A stretch of 64,000 nt of DNA from Candidatus Minthousia equi (lineage in GTDB: Bacteria; Bacteroidota; Bacteroidia; Bacteroidales; Bacteroidaceae). Each line of letters begins with the position of its first letter. Positions within the stretch are counted from its first letter, which is position 1. The position numbers and the translations under genes were made by a program. The DNA is taken from the NCBI GenBank assembly GCA_018065125.1, contig JAGHTY010000093.1, forward strand, positions 167-64,166. Direction: 5' to 3'. Shown one piece after another: positions 18,815 to 27,584 of the stretch. The notes under the pieces were generated by a model that did no database searches, was not told the origin of the DNA, and saw only the letters and a program-made list of their open reading frames with translations.

Positions 18815-18822
18815 TATTTTTG
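18815..18822 (+). promoter_or_regulatory. -7 box (TAttTTTG) for the M23 peptidase/merR unit
   Basis: tatttttg lies 20 nt upstream of the ATG at 18842, back-to-back with the alaS box. Confidence 0.45.
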
Positions 18823-18841
18823 CGTCATTATTCTGCAAAAA

Positions 18842-19807
18842 ATGCATAAGGTATATTATATTTATAATCCAAGAACGGGATGTTACGACCGTATCTACCC
18901 TACATTCAAACAGCGCTTTCGCAGTTATCTGCGCAGAGTGCTTCAGGTGCTTATCCCCACGGCACTTGTGATTTTGGCTGTAGTGTATTGGAATATAAGA
19001 CATAATGAAGCTGATGCATACCTTGCCGACAACCAGCGTTTGCGTGTGCAATACGCTGTGCTTCGAAAAGACTTAAGTGAAGCCTTGAAGGTGATGCAAG
19101 AGATAAAGGAACGTGATCATAACTTATATCGCGTAATGGTTCAGGCAGATTTGATGCTGCCCGAGGATGAACTGACAGAAGCAGAGATTGACTACTCGGA
19201 ATTCAAGGATTCTACCAATGCCATCTTGTTGCACTCTACCGAACAAAAGGCCGAAAGGTTGCTCAAGCATATCTATGAACAGATTCGTTCTTTCGATGCA
19301 ATCTCTTTAGAGATAAGCCGTGAAACGGAAAAAGTGCAGAGTATCCCTTCGATTCAACCAGTCAAGGTGGAGGATTTAAATCATCTTTCATCAGGTTTTG
19401 GCTTCCGAACCGATCCTGTTACCGGTGAACCTAAGATGCATACAGGATTGGATTTTGCGGCAGCTGTGGGCACGCCAATCTATGCCACAGGTTCGGGAGT
19501 AGTATCATTTGCCGATTGGAAATCAGGTTATGGAAACTGTACTATCATTGATCATGGATATGGTTATCAAACCTTGTATGGTCATCAAGATGAAATACTA
19601 GTTAAAGTTGGGCAGAGTGTGAAGCGAGGAGACCTAATCGGCAAGGTGGGTAATACGGGAAAAAGTACAGGTCCTCACTTGCATTATGAGGTAATGATTC
19701 AGGGCAGAAAAGTAAACCCTGTAAACTTCTTCTCAAAGGAACTTACGCCTGAAGAATATGATAAACTATTGCGCGAAGCTGCAGTTCGTGCAGGTGTATT
19801 TGATTAA
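18842..19807 (+). CDS. M23 family metallopeptidase
   Basis: It has an N-terminal TM segment, a coiled region, and LytM/M23 motifs HTGLDFAA, GYGNCTIIDHGYGYQTLYGH and GPHLHYEV. Confidence 0.88.
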   Translation: MHKVYYIYNPRTGCYDRIYPTFKQRFRSYLRRVLQVLIPTALVILAVVYWNIRHNEADAYLADNQRLRVQYAVLRKDLSEALKVMQEIKERDHNLYRVMVQADLMLPEDELTEAEIDYSEFKDSTNAILLHSTEQKAERLLKHIYEQIRSFDAISLEISRETEKVQSIPSIQPVKVEDLNHLSSGFGFRTDPVTGEPKMHTGLDFAAAVGTPIYATGSGVVSFADWKSGYGNCTIIDHGYGYQTLYGHQDEILVKVGQSVKRGDLIGKVGNTGKSTGPHLHYEVMIQGRKVNPVNFFSKELTPEEYDKLLREAAVRAGVFD

Positions 19808-19820
19808 TAATTAATATACT

Positions 19821-20168
19821 ATGGCATACAATCCAAACAAGCAATTGAAGATGTACTACTCCATTAAGGAGGTGGCAGAAATGTTCGATGTAACCGAAAC
19901 TCTGTTACGTTATTGGGAAAAGGAATTCCCTAATATCAAGCCAAGAAAATCGGGTCGAAACATCCGCCAGTACACAAAGGAAGATATCGAGGAAGTACGT
20001 AAGGTTTACCTGTTGGTAAAGGAAAAAGGTATGACTCTTGATGGAGCTCGCAAGACATTGAAAGCCAATGGCGAGGTAACTCAAAATACTGCAGAAATCG
20101 TTGACCGATTGAAAGAAGTACGTGAAGAGTTGGTGGCTATCAAGAAAGAACTCGATCAGCTGGTGTAA
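19821..20168 (+). CDS. MerR family transcriptional regulator (short, HTH plus coiled coil)
   Basis: It has a MerR-type HTH (YSIKEVAEMFDVTETLLRYWEKEF). At 115 aa there is no obvious effector domain. Confidence 0.85.
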   Translation: MAYNPNKQLKMYYSIKEVAEMFDVTETLLRYWEKEFPNIKPRKSGRNIRQYTKEDIEEVRKVYLLVKEKGMTLDGARKTLKANGEVTQNTAEIVDRLKEVREELVAIKKELDQLV

Positions 20169-22412
20169 TTACTTCGTTCGAGCTACGGTCTTCAATCCTT
20201 CTACCTTTTTCAGGTTTGACACGATGTTCATTACATCTTCTACGTCGTGTACGTGAAGTTGAATCTGCCCTTCAAAGATACCATCGTTTACTTCGATGGT
20301 AAGTTTGTGAATGTTAACATCCAGTTCACGTGATAGGATTCCGGTTACCTCATTCAACAAACCAATACGGTCAATACCAGAAATGGTAATGTTTACAGGG
20401 AAGAACAGTTTCTTGTGAGTATCCCATTGCGCTGCCACTATGCGACTTCCATAGCTGGCTTTCAGTTTGGCTGCTATAGGGCATTGGCGCTTGTGAATGA
20501 TGATGTGATGCTGATCAATATAACCAAGTACGTCATCACCAGGAATAGGGTTGCAGCAATCTGCAATAATGAAACTGTTTTCTAGGGTATCTTCGTTCAG
20601 CGTAATAGGCTTTTTCTTGTCTATCTCTCCAATTTCTTTCTTTACAATTGCTGGTTCTTGTTTTTTGACTTTTTCCTTGTTGCTGCCAATGAAAGGAAGG
20701 AATTTCTTCCAAGATGAGTTGTTTGTGTTCTTGTTTCTTAGAGCACTTAAGTCGTTGTCACCTAATGTGATATCTCCTTTTCCAATAGCTTGAAGCAAAT
20801 CCTCTCTATTTGGCAACTTGTGTAGTTCTGCTAGTTTGTCTATAGAACTATTGCTAACCTCTAAATCTTGCTTTTCAAGGAATTCCGCTAGTATATCTTC
20901 ACCATTTTTCTGTTGTTCTCGTTGTTCCCTGCGAATAATGGCTGTAATTTTTCCCTTGGCTTTCGCTGTTGTTGCAAAGTTTATCCAACTAGGTTGAACA
21001 TGCTGAGACTTTGAAGTTAGAATCTCTACCTGATCTCCACTTTGCAGTTTGTGACTGATTGGTACCAGTTTGTGGTTCACCTTTGCACCGATACAATGGG
21101 TTCCGAGGAAGGTGTGGATAGAGAAAGCAAAGTCTAATGCTGTACAATTTTGTGGCATGGTTTTCAGTTCACCCTTAGGGGTAAACACGAATATTTCTGA
21201 TGCATACAGATTCAACTTTATGGTTTCCAGGAAGTCCATGGCATTAGGTTGAGGGTCATCTAGGATTTCCTTGATAGTTTTCAACCATTTTTCCAATTCA
21301 TCCTCATCCTCGCTGCCGCCACCTTCTTTGTATTTCCAATGGGCTGCTAATCCCTGTTCGGCAATATCATCCATGCGTTTGCTACGGATTTGTACTTCAA
21401 TCCATTCGCCACCCTTACTCATCAGGGTAACATGTAGTGCCTGATAACCATTTGCTTTTGGGTGATTTATCCAGTCACGAACACGTTCTGGATGTGCTTC
21501 GTATAATTGAGAAATCTGCACATAGATGTTAAAGCAATCGGTTAGTTCTGTCTTTTCTTCAGATTCATAGATAATGCGCACTGCCAGAATGTCGTATATT
21601 TCCTCGAAGGTAACATGCTTGTTCTGCATCTTGTTCCAAATAGAATAAGGTGACTTGATGCGCTGCTTTATCTCGTATTTCATGCCCATGGCATCCAGCT
21701 TTGCACGGATGGGGGCTGTGAAACGATCGAAGACAAGGTCACGCTCTGTGCGTGTCTGTGCAAGTTTGTCTTCAATCTTTGCATATTCTTCTGGATGCTC
21801 GTACTTAAAGCTGAGGTCTTCTAACTCGCCTTTTATCTTGTTCAGTCCTAGTCTGTTTGCTAGTGGAGCATAGATGTAAAGTGTTTCTCCTGCAATTTTG
21901 TACTGCTTGCTGGGAATCATCGACCCCAGTGTACGCATGTTGTGTAGGCGGTCAGCAATCTTGATTAGAATTACACGAATATCCTCGCTCATGGTTAGCA
22001 GTAATTTTTTGAAGTTCTCTGCCTGCTCGGAAGCGTGATCTCCAAAAATACCACCAGAAATCTTTGTTAGCCCATCAACAATTAAGGCGATCTTGTTGCC
22101 AAAGATGTTTTCAATATCTTCAATGGTGTAGTCAGTATCTTCCACCACATCATGCAGTAATGCTGCACAGATTGATGTTGATCCAAGACCTATTTCCTGA
22201 CAAGCAATTTGTGCAACAGAAATAGGGTGCATGATATAAGGCTCACCAGATCGACGTCTGACACCCTTGTGTGCCTGACGGGCAAAGTTGAAAGCTTTTG
22301 TGATGATGTCTATCTTCTTTCTATGTTTAGAGTGCAGATAGGTGTCTAGCAGATGCGCAAAGGCGTCATCTACCATCTTGGTTTCCATCAGTTCTTTGTT
22401 TTGCTCGTCCAT
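20169..22412 (-). CDS. bifunctional (p)ppGpp synthetase/hydrolase, RelA/SpoT family
   Basis: 747 aa. It has an HD hydrolase domain (HPISVAQI, LLHDVVEDT), a synthetase domain (RIKSPYSIWNKM, YQALHVT), a TGS region and a C-terminal ACT-like region. Confidence 0.95.
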   Translation of the reverse strand: MDEQNKELMETKMVDDAFAHLLDTYLHSKHRKKIDIITKAFNFARQAHKGVRRRSGEPYIMHPISVAQIACQEIGLGSTSICAALLHDVVEDTDYTIEDIENIFGNKIALIVDGLTKISGGIFGDHASEQAENFKKLLLTMSEDIRVILIKIADRLHNMRTLGSMIPSKQYKIAGETLYIYAPLANRLGLNKIKGELEDLSFKYEHPEEYAKIEDKLAQTRTERDLVFDRFTAPIRAKLDAMGMKYEIKQRIKSPYSIWNKMQNKHVTFEEIYDILAVRIIYESEEKTELTDCFNIYVQISQLYEAHPERVRDWINHPKANGYQALHVTLMSKGGEWIEVQIRSKRMDDIAEQGLAAHWKYKEGGGSEDEDELEKWLKTIKEILDDPQPNAMDFLETIKLNLYASEIFVFTPKGELKTMPQNCTALDFAFSIHTFLGTHCIGAKVNHKLVPISHKLQSGDQVEILTSKSQHVQPSWINFATTAKAKGKITAIIRREQREQQKNGEDILAEFLEKQDLEVSNSSIDKLAELHKLPNREDLLQAIGKGDITLGDNDLSALRNKNTNNSSWKKFLPFIGSNKEKVKKQEPAIVKKEIGEIDKKKPITLNEDTLENSFIIADCCNPIPGDDVLGYIDQHHIIIHKRQCPIAAKLKASYGSRIVAAQWDTHKKLFFPVNITISGIDRIGLLNEVTGILSRELDVNIHKLTIEVNDGIFEGQIQLHVHDVEDVMNIVSNLKKVEGLKTVARTK

Positions 22413-22434
22413 GCTAGTGAATACTTAAGCCGGT

Positions 22435-23793
22435 TTATTTTACACGAATGCTTTGTCCGGCACGGATGTTGCTACCCTTGATGCCGTTTAGTTTCTGAAG
22501 TTTTGCTACAGTGGTTCCGTTCTTTCTTGCGATAGCCGACAGAGTTTCACCCTTCTTTACTGTATGGTTAGCACTGCCACCACCTTTGTTCTTCTTGCCC
22601 TTCTTGCCATTTCCTGCAGCTACTTCTTGCTGCTTACGATGGCGACGGTCGCGCTTGCTGGTAGAGGCGGAGTTGTCTGTATAAGTACCTTGGTCAGCAA
22701 TTTCTACGGTGCGACGCTTTGTCTGGTAGTCGCTGCGGCGATAGTTGTAGATACTGTCCTGATTAGTGATGAACGCAGCCATTGCTTCACTTGGAAGGCG
22801 CAAGATACAATATACGCCACTTCCAGGAATCAAATTAGTGCGGTATTGTGGGTTCAGTGCCTGCAATTCGCTCATGCTTACGTTGCAGACATGCGATATT
22901 TGGTCCATGTAGATATCGTTGCTCACATGAATGGTATCGGTCTGAGCTGGTAGTCTTGATTCATATGGACAGATGTTATGGTCGCAGTAATAGTTCATGA
23001 TGTAAGTGGCTGCAATGAACGAGGGTACATAGCCACGAGTTTCTTTTGGCAGATAATTGTAGATCTTCCAATAGTCCTTAACTTCACCTGCACGGTGAAT
23101 GGCTTTGTTTACATTACCTGGACCGCAGTTATATGCTGCAATTACCAGATGCCAGTCATGGTAGATGTCGTATAGGTCCTTTAGGAAGCGTGCTGCAGCA
23201 TAAGATGACTTAACAGGGTCGCGTCTCTCATCGACGAGACTGTTAATTTGAAGGTCATACATCTTGCCTGTTCCCACCATGAATTGCCACAATCCGGCAG
23301 CACCTACAGGCGAGGTGGCTTTAGGATTTAGGGCACTCTCAATTACAGGAAGGTATTTTAACTCATGAGGTACGCCGTAAGTTTCCAATGCTTCTTCAAA
23401 GATAGGATTATAGAAATTGTTGGCTGCCAACATAAACGATACAGATTTGCGAAGTCGTCCGCTGTACATGTCAATAAACTTCTGGATAACTGCATTATGA
23501 GGCAACTCCACAATGGTTGGTAGGCGTTGCAATCTGTCTACATATACTTCGGTAGGGAAGGTTGGATTTTCATCCTTCATGTGGCATTCCTCTTCCTTGT
23601 CCAGATAGGTACGTGAATACCATTCGTTCAAAAGACTGTCCACGTTTGCAGTAAGTCCTTCAGGAAGGCCTATTTCCTCGTTTTGCCCTAGGTTCTCGTC
23701 GTATACAGTAATTACGCTTTGTGCCGATACTGGCATGCACAGAGCACCTATGGCCAATGCGAAAACTGATTTCTTTATTGCTGTTATCTTCAT
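22435..23793 (-). CDS. lytic transglycosylase with a C-terminal LysM domain (MltD-like)
   Basis: It has a signal peptide (..PVSAQS), an SLT catalytic region (IESALNP.., AAGLWQFM, AAYNCGPGNV), a basic linker, and LysM (HTVKKGETLSAIARKNGTTVAKLQKLNG). Confidence 0.88.
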   Translation of the reverse strand: MKITAIKKSVFALAIGALCMPVSAQSVITVYDENLGQNEEIGLPEGLTANVDSLLNEWYSRTYLDKEEECHMKDENPTFPTEVYVDRLQRLPTIVELPHNAVIQKFIDMYSGRLRKSVSFMLAANNFYNPIFEEALETYGVPHELKYLPVIESALNPKATSPVGAAGLWQFMVGTGKMYDLQINSLVDERRDPVKSSYAAARFLKDLYDIYHDWHLVIAAYNCGPGNVNKAIHRAGEVKDYWKIYNYLPKETRGYVPSFIAATYIMNYYCDHNICPYESRLPAQTDTIHVSNDIYMDQISHVCNVSMSELQALNPQYRTNLIPGSGVYCILRLPSEAMAAFITNQDSIYNYRRSDYQTKRRTVEIADQGTYTDNSASTSKRDRRHRKQQEVAAGNGKKGKKNKGGGSANHTVKKGETLSAIARKNGTTVAKLQKLNGIKGSNIRAGQSIRVK

Positions 23794-23807
23794 AAATTTA
23801 TGCCGTG

Positions 23808-24506
23808 TTAGAATGTAAGCCTACACTGTACGCCATAGGCGTTGTCGCCGCCTATGAACGAGCGGGGCCCATTCGTATGGTTAATAATCGTTGGTTCTAT
23901 TTTAAGACTAAGATCTTCGTTGATGTCAAATGATGATAGTTCTGCATCTACATAGGCATCTACCACAGAAAGCAAGTATACGCCAATGAATGAGAAAACG
24001 CTTAGGTCTCGGTATTTTCTATAATAATCCTTTTTCTTCTTCAGAATTTCCTGATATCGTTTTTCGTTGGCAGGAGTAATCTTGACACCATAGGGAAGCC
24101 ATGCTTCGTAACTCTTGGTGTTTGGATCATCGTCCATAATGTCAAGATAAGCCTGACTGTAATCCTTGTACATCATATTGTTCCAGGTAAGGGCATAGGC
24201 ACAACCAACGAAACCGCCATAGAAGATTGGTAGTTTCCAGTATTTGTGGTTGTAGATTTGGCCGCCACCAGGAATCACCAGCGCCATCCACATGGCGCGC
24301 TTGGGATTAGGACGCCATCGTTCCTTTGGTTTGTATGTAACGGTATTCTTCAGTGAGTCGGGAAGCTCCATCTTGATGGTATCTTCTTCCAAACGGAAAG
24401 CACGGATAGAATCCTGCTCGACTTGTGCATACAAGTTACCACTCCATAGCCAAAAGGTACAGAGCAGTAAAAGACGGATATGTATGTCAAGCCTTCTTAT
24501 TTTCAA
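23808..24506 (-). CDS. DUF5683-like protein
   Basis: It has a signal peptide, a VIPGGGQIYNHKYWKLPIFYGGF motif, and a beta-barrel-like C-terminus ending in F. It overlaps parB by 4 nt and follows parAB, as in other Bacteroidales. Confidence 0.75.
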   Translation of the reverse strand: MKIRRLDIHIRLLLLCTFWLWSGNLYAQVEQDSIRAFRLEEDTIKMELPDSLKNTVTYKPKERWRPNPKRAMWMALVIPGGGQIYNHKYWKLPIFYGGFVGCAYALTWNNMMYKDYSQAYLDIMDDDPNTKSYEAWLPYGVKITPANEKRYQEILKKKKDYYRKYRDLSVFSFIGVYLLSVVDAYVDAELSSFDINEDLSLKIEPTIINHTNGPRSFIGGDNAYGVQCRLTF

Positions 24507-25390
24507 TTTCTTTTAATTTGGTCTAACAATTCTATGATATGCTCCAATTGTTCTTCGTTCTTGAAAGGTAGTACTAACTTTCCCTTGCCATTTTCGCTAT
24601 ACGTCATTTGTACAGAAGTGCTGAAAAGGTCAGAAAGGTGTTTTTTTAGTACGTTGTATTCCTCTGGCATGTGTTTTTTTGTTGCCTTAAGAGTACTTTC
24701 TGCACTATTGCCTTCCTTCATGTTTCTTACCAATTCTTCAACCTTACGTACCGAATAACCGTTCTTCACGATTCCTTCGAACAAGCTGATTTGGTCTTTA
24801 GGACTTTCCAAAGAAAGTAGTGCGCGGGCATGTCCCATGTCTATCTCTTTGTTCTGCAATGCCATTTGTATTTGTGCAGGGAGACGCAGCAGTCTCAGAT
24901 AGTTTGATATAGTGACACGCTTCTTTCCCACGCGGGTGCTCAGACGTTCCTGGGTCATGTTGTATTGTTCCATCAAACTCTGGTATGCTAAGGCAATTTC
25001 CATGGAATTCAGGTCCTCACGTTGAATGTTTTCAATCAGTGCCATTTCCATTACCTTCTCATCGTCGGCAGTACGAATGTAGGCAGGAATACGGGTTAAT
25101 CCCGCTAGCTGAGATGCGCGGAAACGGCGCTCACCAGCAATGATCTGGTAGTTGTTTTCATCCATCTTGCGCAGGGTAATAGGCTGGATAATGCCAATTT
25201 CTGCGATAGAGTCAGACAACTCCTGTAGTGCCTCCTGATCGAACTCGCGACGTGGCTGGTTTGGATTAACCTTGATTTTTTCAATCTCTATCTCATGGAT
25301 AGATGATGACCCTTCTGTATGGATTTCTTCTGTTGAAATTAGGGCATCGAGTCCTCTGCCCAGTGCTTTGTATTTTTTCTGGATAGCCAT
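24503..25390 (-). CDS. parB: chromosome partitioning protein ParB
   Basis: It has the ParB box (IIAGERRFRAS) and an HTH (ERLSTRVGKKRVTISNYLRLL), and lies downstream of parA. Confidence 0.93.
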   Translation of the reverse strand: MAIQKKYKALGRGLDALISTEEIHTEGSSSIHEIEIEKIKVNPNQPRREFDQEALQELSDSIAEIGIIQPITLRKMDENNYQIIAGERRFRASQLAGLTRIPAYIRTADDEKVMEMALIENIQREDLNSMEIALAYQSLMEQYNMTQERLSTRVGKKRVTISNYLRLLRLPAQIQMALQNKEIDMGHARALLSLESPKDQISLFEGIVKNGYSVRKVEELVRNMKEGNSAESTLKATKKHMPEEYNVLKKHLSDLFSTSVQMTYSENGKGKLVLPFKNEEQLEHIIELLDQIKRN

Positions 25391-25402
25391 ATCTTCGGGT
25401 CG

Positions 25403-26167
25403 TTATTTGTTCTTCTCAATAATCTCCTGTGCTAGGGCCAGATGGTTCTTGGCACCGGTAGAGTCTGCATCATACAGAATAGCAGGCAATCCGTGACTAG
25501 GAGCTTCACTTAATTTTACGTTACGCTGGATGACAGTCTTGAACACCAGTTCTTGGAAGTGTTTCTTCACTTCTTCGTAAATTTGGTTAGCCAGACGTAA
25601 GCGTGAATCGTACATGGTCAACAAGAATCCTTCAATAGATAGGGCAGGATTCAACTTCGACTTGATTATCTTGATGGTGTTCAGCAGTTTGCTGATGCCT
25701 TCCAGGGCAAAGTATTCACACTGCACAGGGATAATTACAGAATCTGCAGCAGTCAACGCATTCACTGTTATTAAGCCCAGCGAAGGTGAGCAGTCTATCG
25801 GTATATAGTCGTAATCCGCTTTTATGGTGTTCAGCAGATTTGCCATTACCTTTTCGCGGTTTTCCATGTTCAGCATTTCAATCTCGGCACCTACCAGGTT
25901 GATGTGTGAAGGAATTATATCCAGATTCTCCACATCAGTAGTGTAGATGGCCTCGCGAATGTCCACGTTATTGATTAGGCATTCGTAGATAGAACAGTCA
26001 ACCTGCTGAATGTCTACACCCAAACCTGATGAGGCGTTTGCCTGAGGGTCGGCGTCAATCAGCAGAACCTTCTTCTCAAATGTTGCCAGCGAGGCTGCCA
26101 AGTTCATGGAAGTGGTGGTTTTTCCCACACCTCCCTTTTGATTTGCCAATGCGATAATCTTTCCCAT
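25403..26167 (-). CDS. parA: chromosome partitioning ATPase ParA/Soj
   Basis: It has the deviant Walker A ([11 protein letters not shown]), is 254 aa, and is adjacent to parB. Confidence 0.95.
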   Translation of the reverse strand: MGKIIALANQKGGVGKTTTSMNLAASLATFEKKVLLIDADPQANASSGLGVDIQQVDCSIYECLINNVDIREAIYTTDVENLDIIPSHINLVGAEIEMLNMENREKVMANLLNTIKADYDYIPIDCSPSLGLITVNALTAADSVIIPVQCEYFALEGISKLLNTIKIIKSKLNPALSIEGFLLTMYDSRLRLANQIYEEVKKHFQELVFKTVIQRNVKLSEAPSHGLPAILYDADSTGAKNHLALAQEIIEKNK

Positions 26168-26285
26168 ATCGTTATTCTGTCTTTTTTATCTTTTTGCCTA
26201 ATGATGAATCCAGTATTGGATTACTGATGCAAAGGAACAAAAAAAAGACTGTCTTCTTGCTTTTTCCTGAAGAATTCGCACCAAA

Positions 26286-26318
26286 TTGTTGAAAACTCAA
26301 CTAATTTGTTGAAAACTC
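26286..26318. repeat. 13-nt perfect direct repeat ttgttgaaaactc x2 (20-nt period) in the parA-surE spacer
   Basis: The copies lie at 26286-26298 and 26306-26318. Confidence 0.95.
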
Positions 26319-26388
26319 CTCATCCATAAATTGCGACAAAGATACATATTTTGTACCACAAAAGCATTCTTATCTTCCTTTTTTTATT

Positions 26389-26396
26389 TACTTTTG
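26389..26396 (+). promoter_or_regulatory. -7 box (TActTTTG) for surE
   Basis: tacttttg lies 20 nt upstream of the surE ATG. Confidence 0.45.
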
Positions 26397-26415
26397 CACA
26401 TCATAACATATTATT

Positions 26416-27186
26416 ATGCAAAACGCCAAGCCTCTGATTGTAATATCAAACGATGATGGGCTATATGCCAAAGGCATAACCCAGTTAATAGAAATAGTTC
26501 GCCCTTTGGGCGATGTGCTGGTGGTGGCACCTGATACTGCACGCTCGGGTTATGCCATGGCCATGACTTCGAATGTTCCTGTAACCAAGCGTTTGGTGCG
26601 TAAGGAAGAAGGTTTAGAACTTTACACTTGCAGTGGAACTCCTGTGGATTGCATCAAGATAGCTTTACATGACTTGGGAAGTCGATTACCCAATTTGGTT
26701 CTTAGTGGCATAAATCATGGTGAAAATGCAGGTGTTAATGTTCATTATTCTGGTACTATGGGTGTGGTGTTAGAGGGATGTATGAAACTCATCCCTAGCA
26801 TTGGTTTTTCACTTTATAGCCACGATCCTGAGGGTGATTCCATGCCTTATGCTTCTTTTATTCGTCATATATGTCAGCGTGTGCTGGAACAGGGGTTGCC
26901 TATAGGAACATGTCTAAATGTAAATTTTCCAGAAAATGATGAAATGAAGGGTGTGAAGATTTGCCGACAAGCCCGTGGTCAGTGGAAGAACGAGTGGGAA
27001 AAAACTACTCGCCAGAATGGACAGGTACATTATTGGCTTACAGGTTATTATGAACCAGACGACTCTAATGACAAGACTACAGATAAATGGGCATTAGCCA
27101 ATGGTTTTGTGGCTATTACTCCTACTACCATAGACCTTACGTCGTATAGCACTATGCAATTTGTAGAACAGTTAGTTACCCTTTAA
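26416..27186 (+). CDS. surE: 5'/3'-nucleotidase SurE
   Basis: It has the N-terminal ISNDDG motif, GINHGENAG and YSGTMG. Confidence 0.93.
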   Translation: MQNAKPLIVISNDDGLYAKGITQLIEIVRPLGDVLVVAPDTARSGYAMAMTSNVPVTKRLVRKEEGLELYTCSGTPVDCIKIALHDLGSRLPNLVLSGINHGENAGVNVHYSGTMGVVLEGCMKLIPSIGFSLYSHDPEGDSMPYASFIRHICQRVLEQGLPIGTCLNVNFPENDEMKGVKICRQARGQWKNEWEKTTRQNGQVHYWLTGYYEPDDSNDKTTDKWALANGFVAITPTTIDLTSYSTMQFVEQLVTL

Positions 27187-27196
27187 CCGCAATCCT

Positions 27197-27454
27197 GTGA
27201 ATGATTTTAGAAAGTTCCTTATAGATGAAGATCCCGAGGAAATGGCGGCATGCTTTGCTGCAGCAAGGGATAAACTAGAAACTCTTTTCCCTTGCCATGC
27301 TATTTCGTATCATGATTATTATACTTTGTTTATAGAGTCAGACAGTTATTATGCAGAAAATGGCATGGATACCTACGAGTTGGGGTTGGTAGATGAAGAA
27401 TATCCTGCCATGCGTCGTATCCGTGATGGCGAAGTGTTTACTTTTAGGGTCTAG
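27197..27454 (+). CDS. hypothetical small acidic protein (85 aa, GTG start)
   Basis: The ORF begins 10 nt after the surE stop. The composition is acidic and aromatic-rich, with no recognisable motif. Coding status is uncertain. Confidence 0.45.
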   Translation: MNDFRKFLIDEDPEEMAACFAAARDKLETLFPCHAISYHDYYTLFIESDSYYAENGMDTYELGLVDEEYPAMRRIRDGEVFTFRV

Positions 27455-27470
27455 GACTCTTTGACTGTAG

Positions 27471-27528
27471 CATTATAGACCCTCGGACCATGACATTATA
27501 GACCCTTCACAGAAACATCTAAGACCCT
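27471..27528. repeat. three phased 13-nt direct repeats (cattatagaccct, cattatagaccct, catctaagaccct) upstream of lpxB
   Basis: The units start at 27471, 27494 and 27516 (23- and 22-nt spacing). An inverted partial copy, agggtcta, lies at 27446-27453. Confidence 0.9.
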
Positions 27529-27584
27529 TCTTTTTTCTCCAAGAGTTTGCATAGTTCGTAATAAGTTATTTACTTTGCATCATT

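Noticed and set aside
26168-26415. parA-surE spacer considered as oriC or as a parS site
   Set aside because: I see no cluster of DnaA boxes. The best candidate, tcatccata, has two mismatches to TTATCCACA and occurs once. There is no dnaA nearby. Scanning CACGTG-centred sites by eye across the window found no good match to tGTTTCACGTGAAACa. A computational scan would be needed to be certain.
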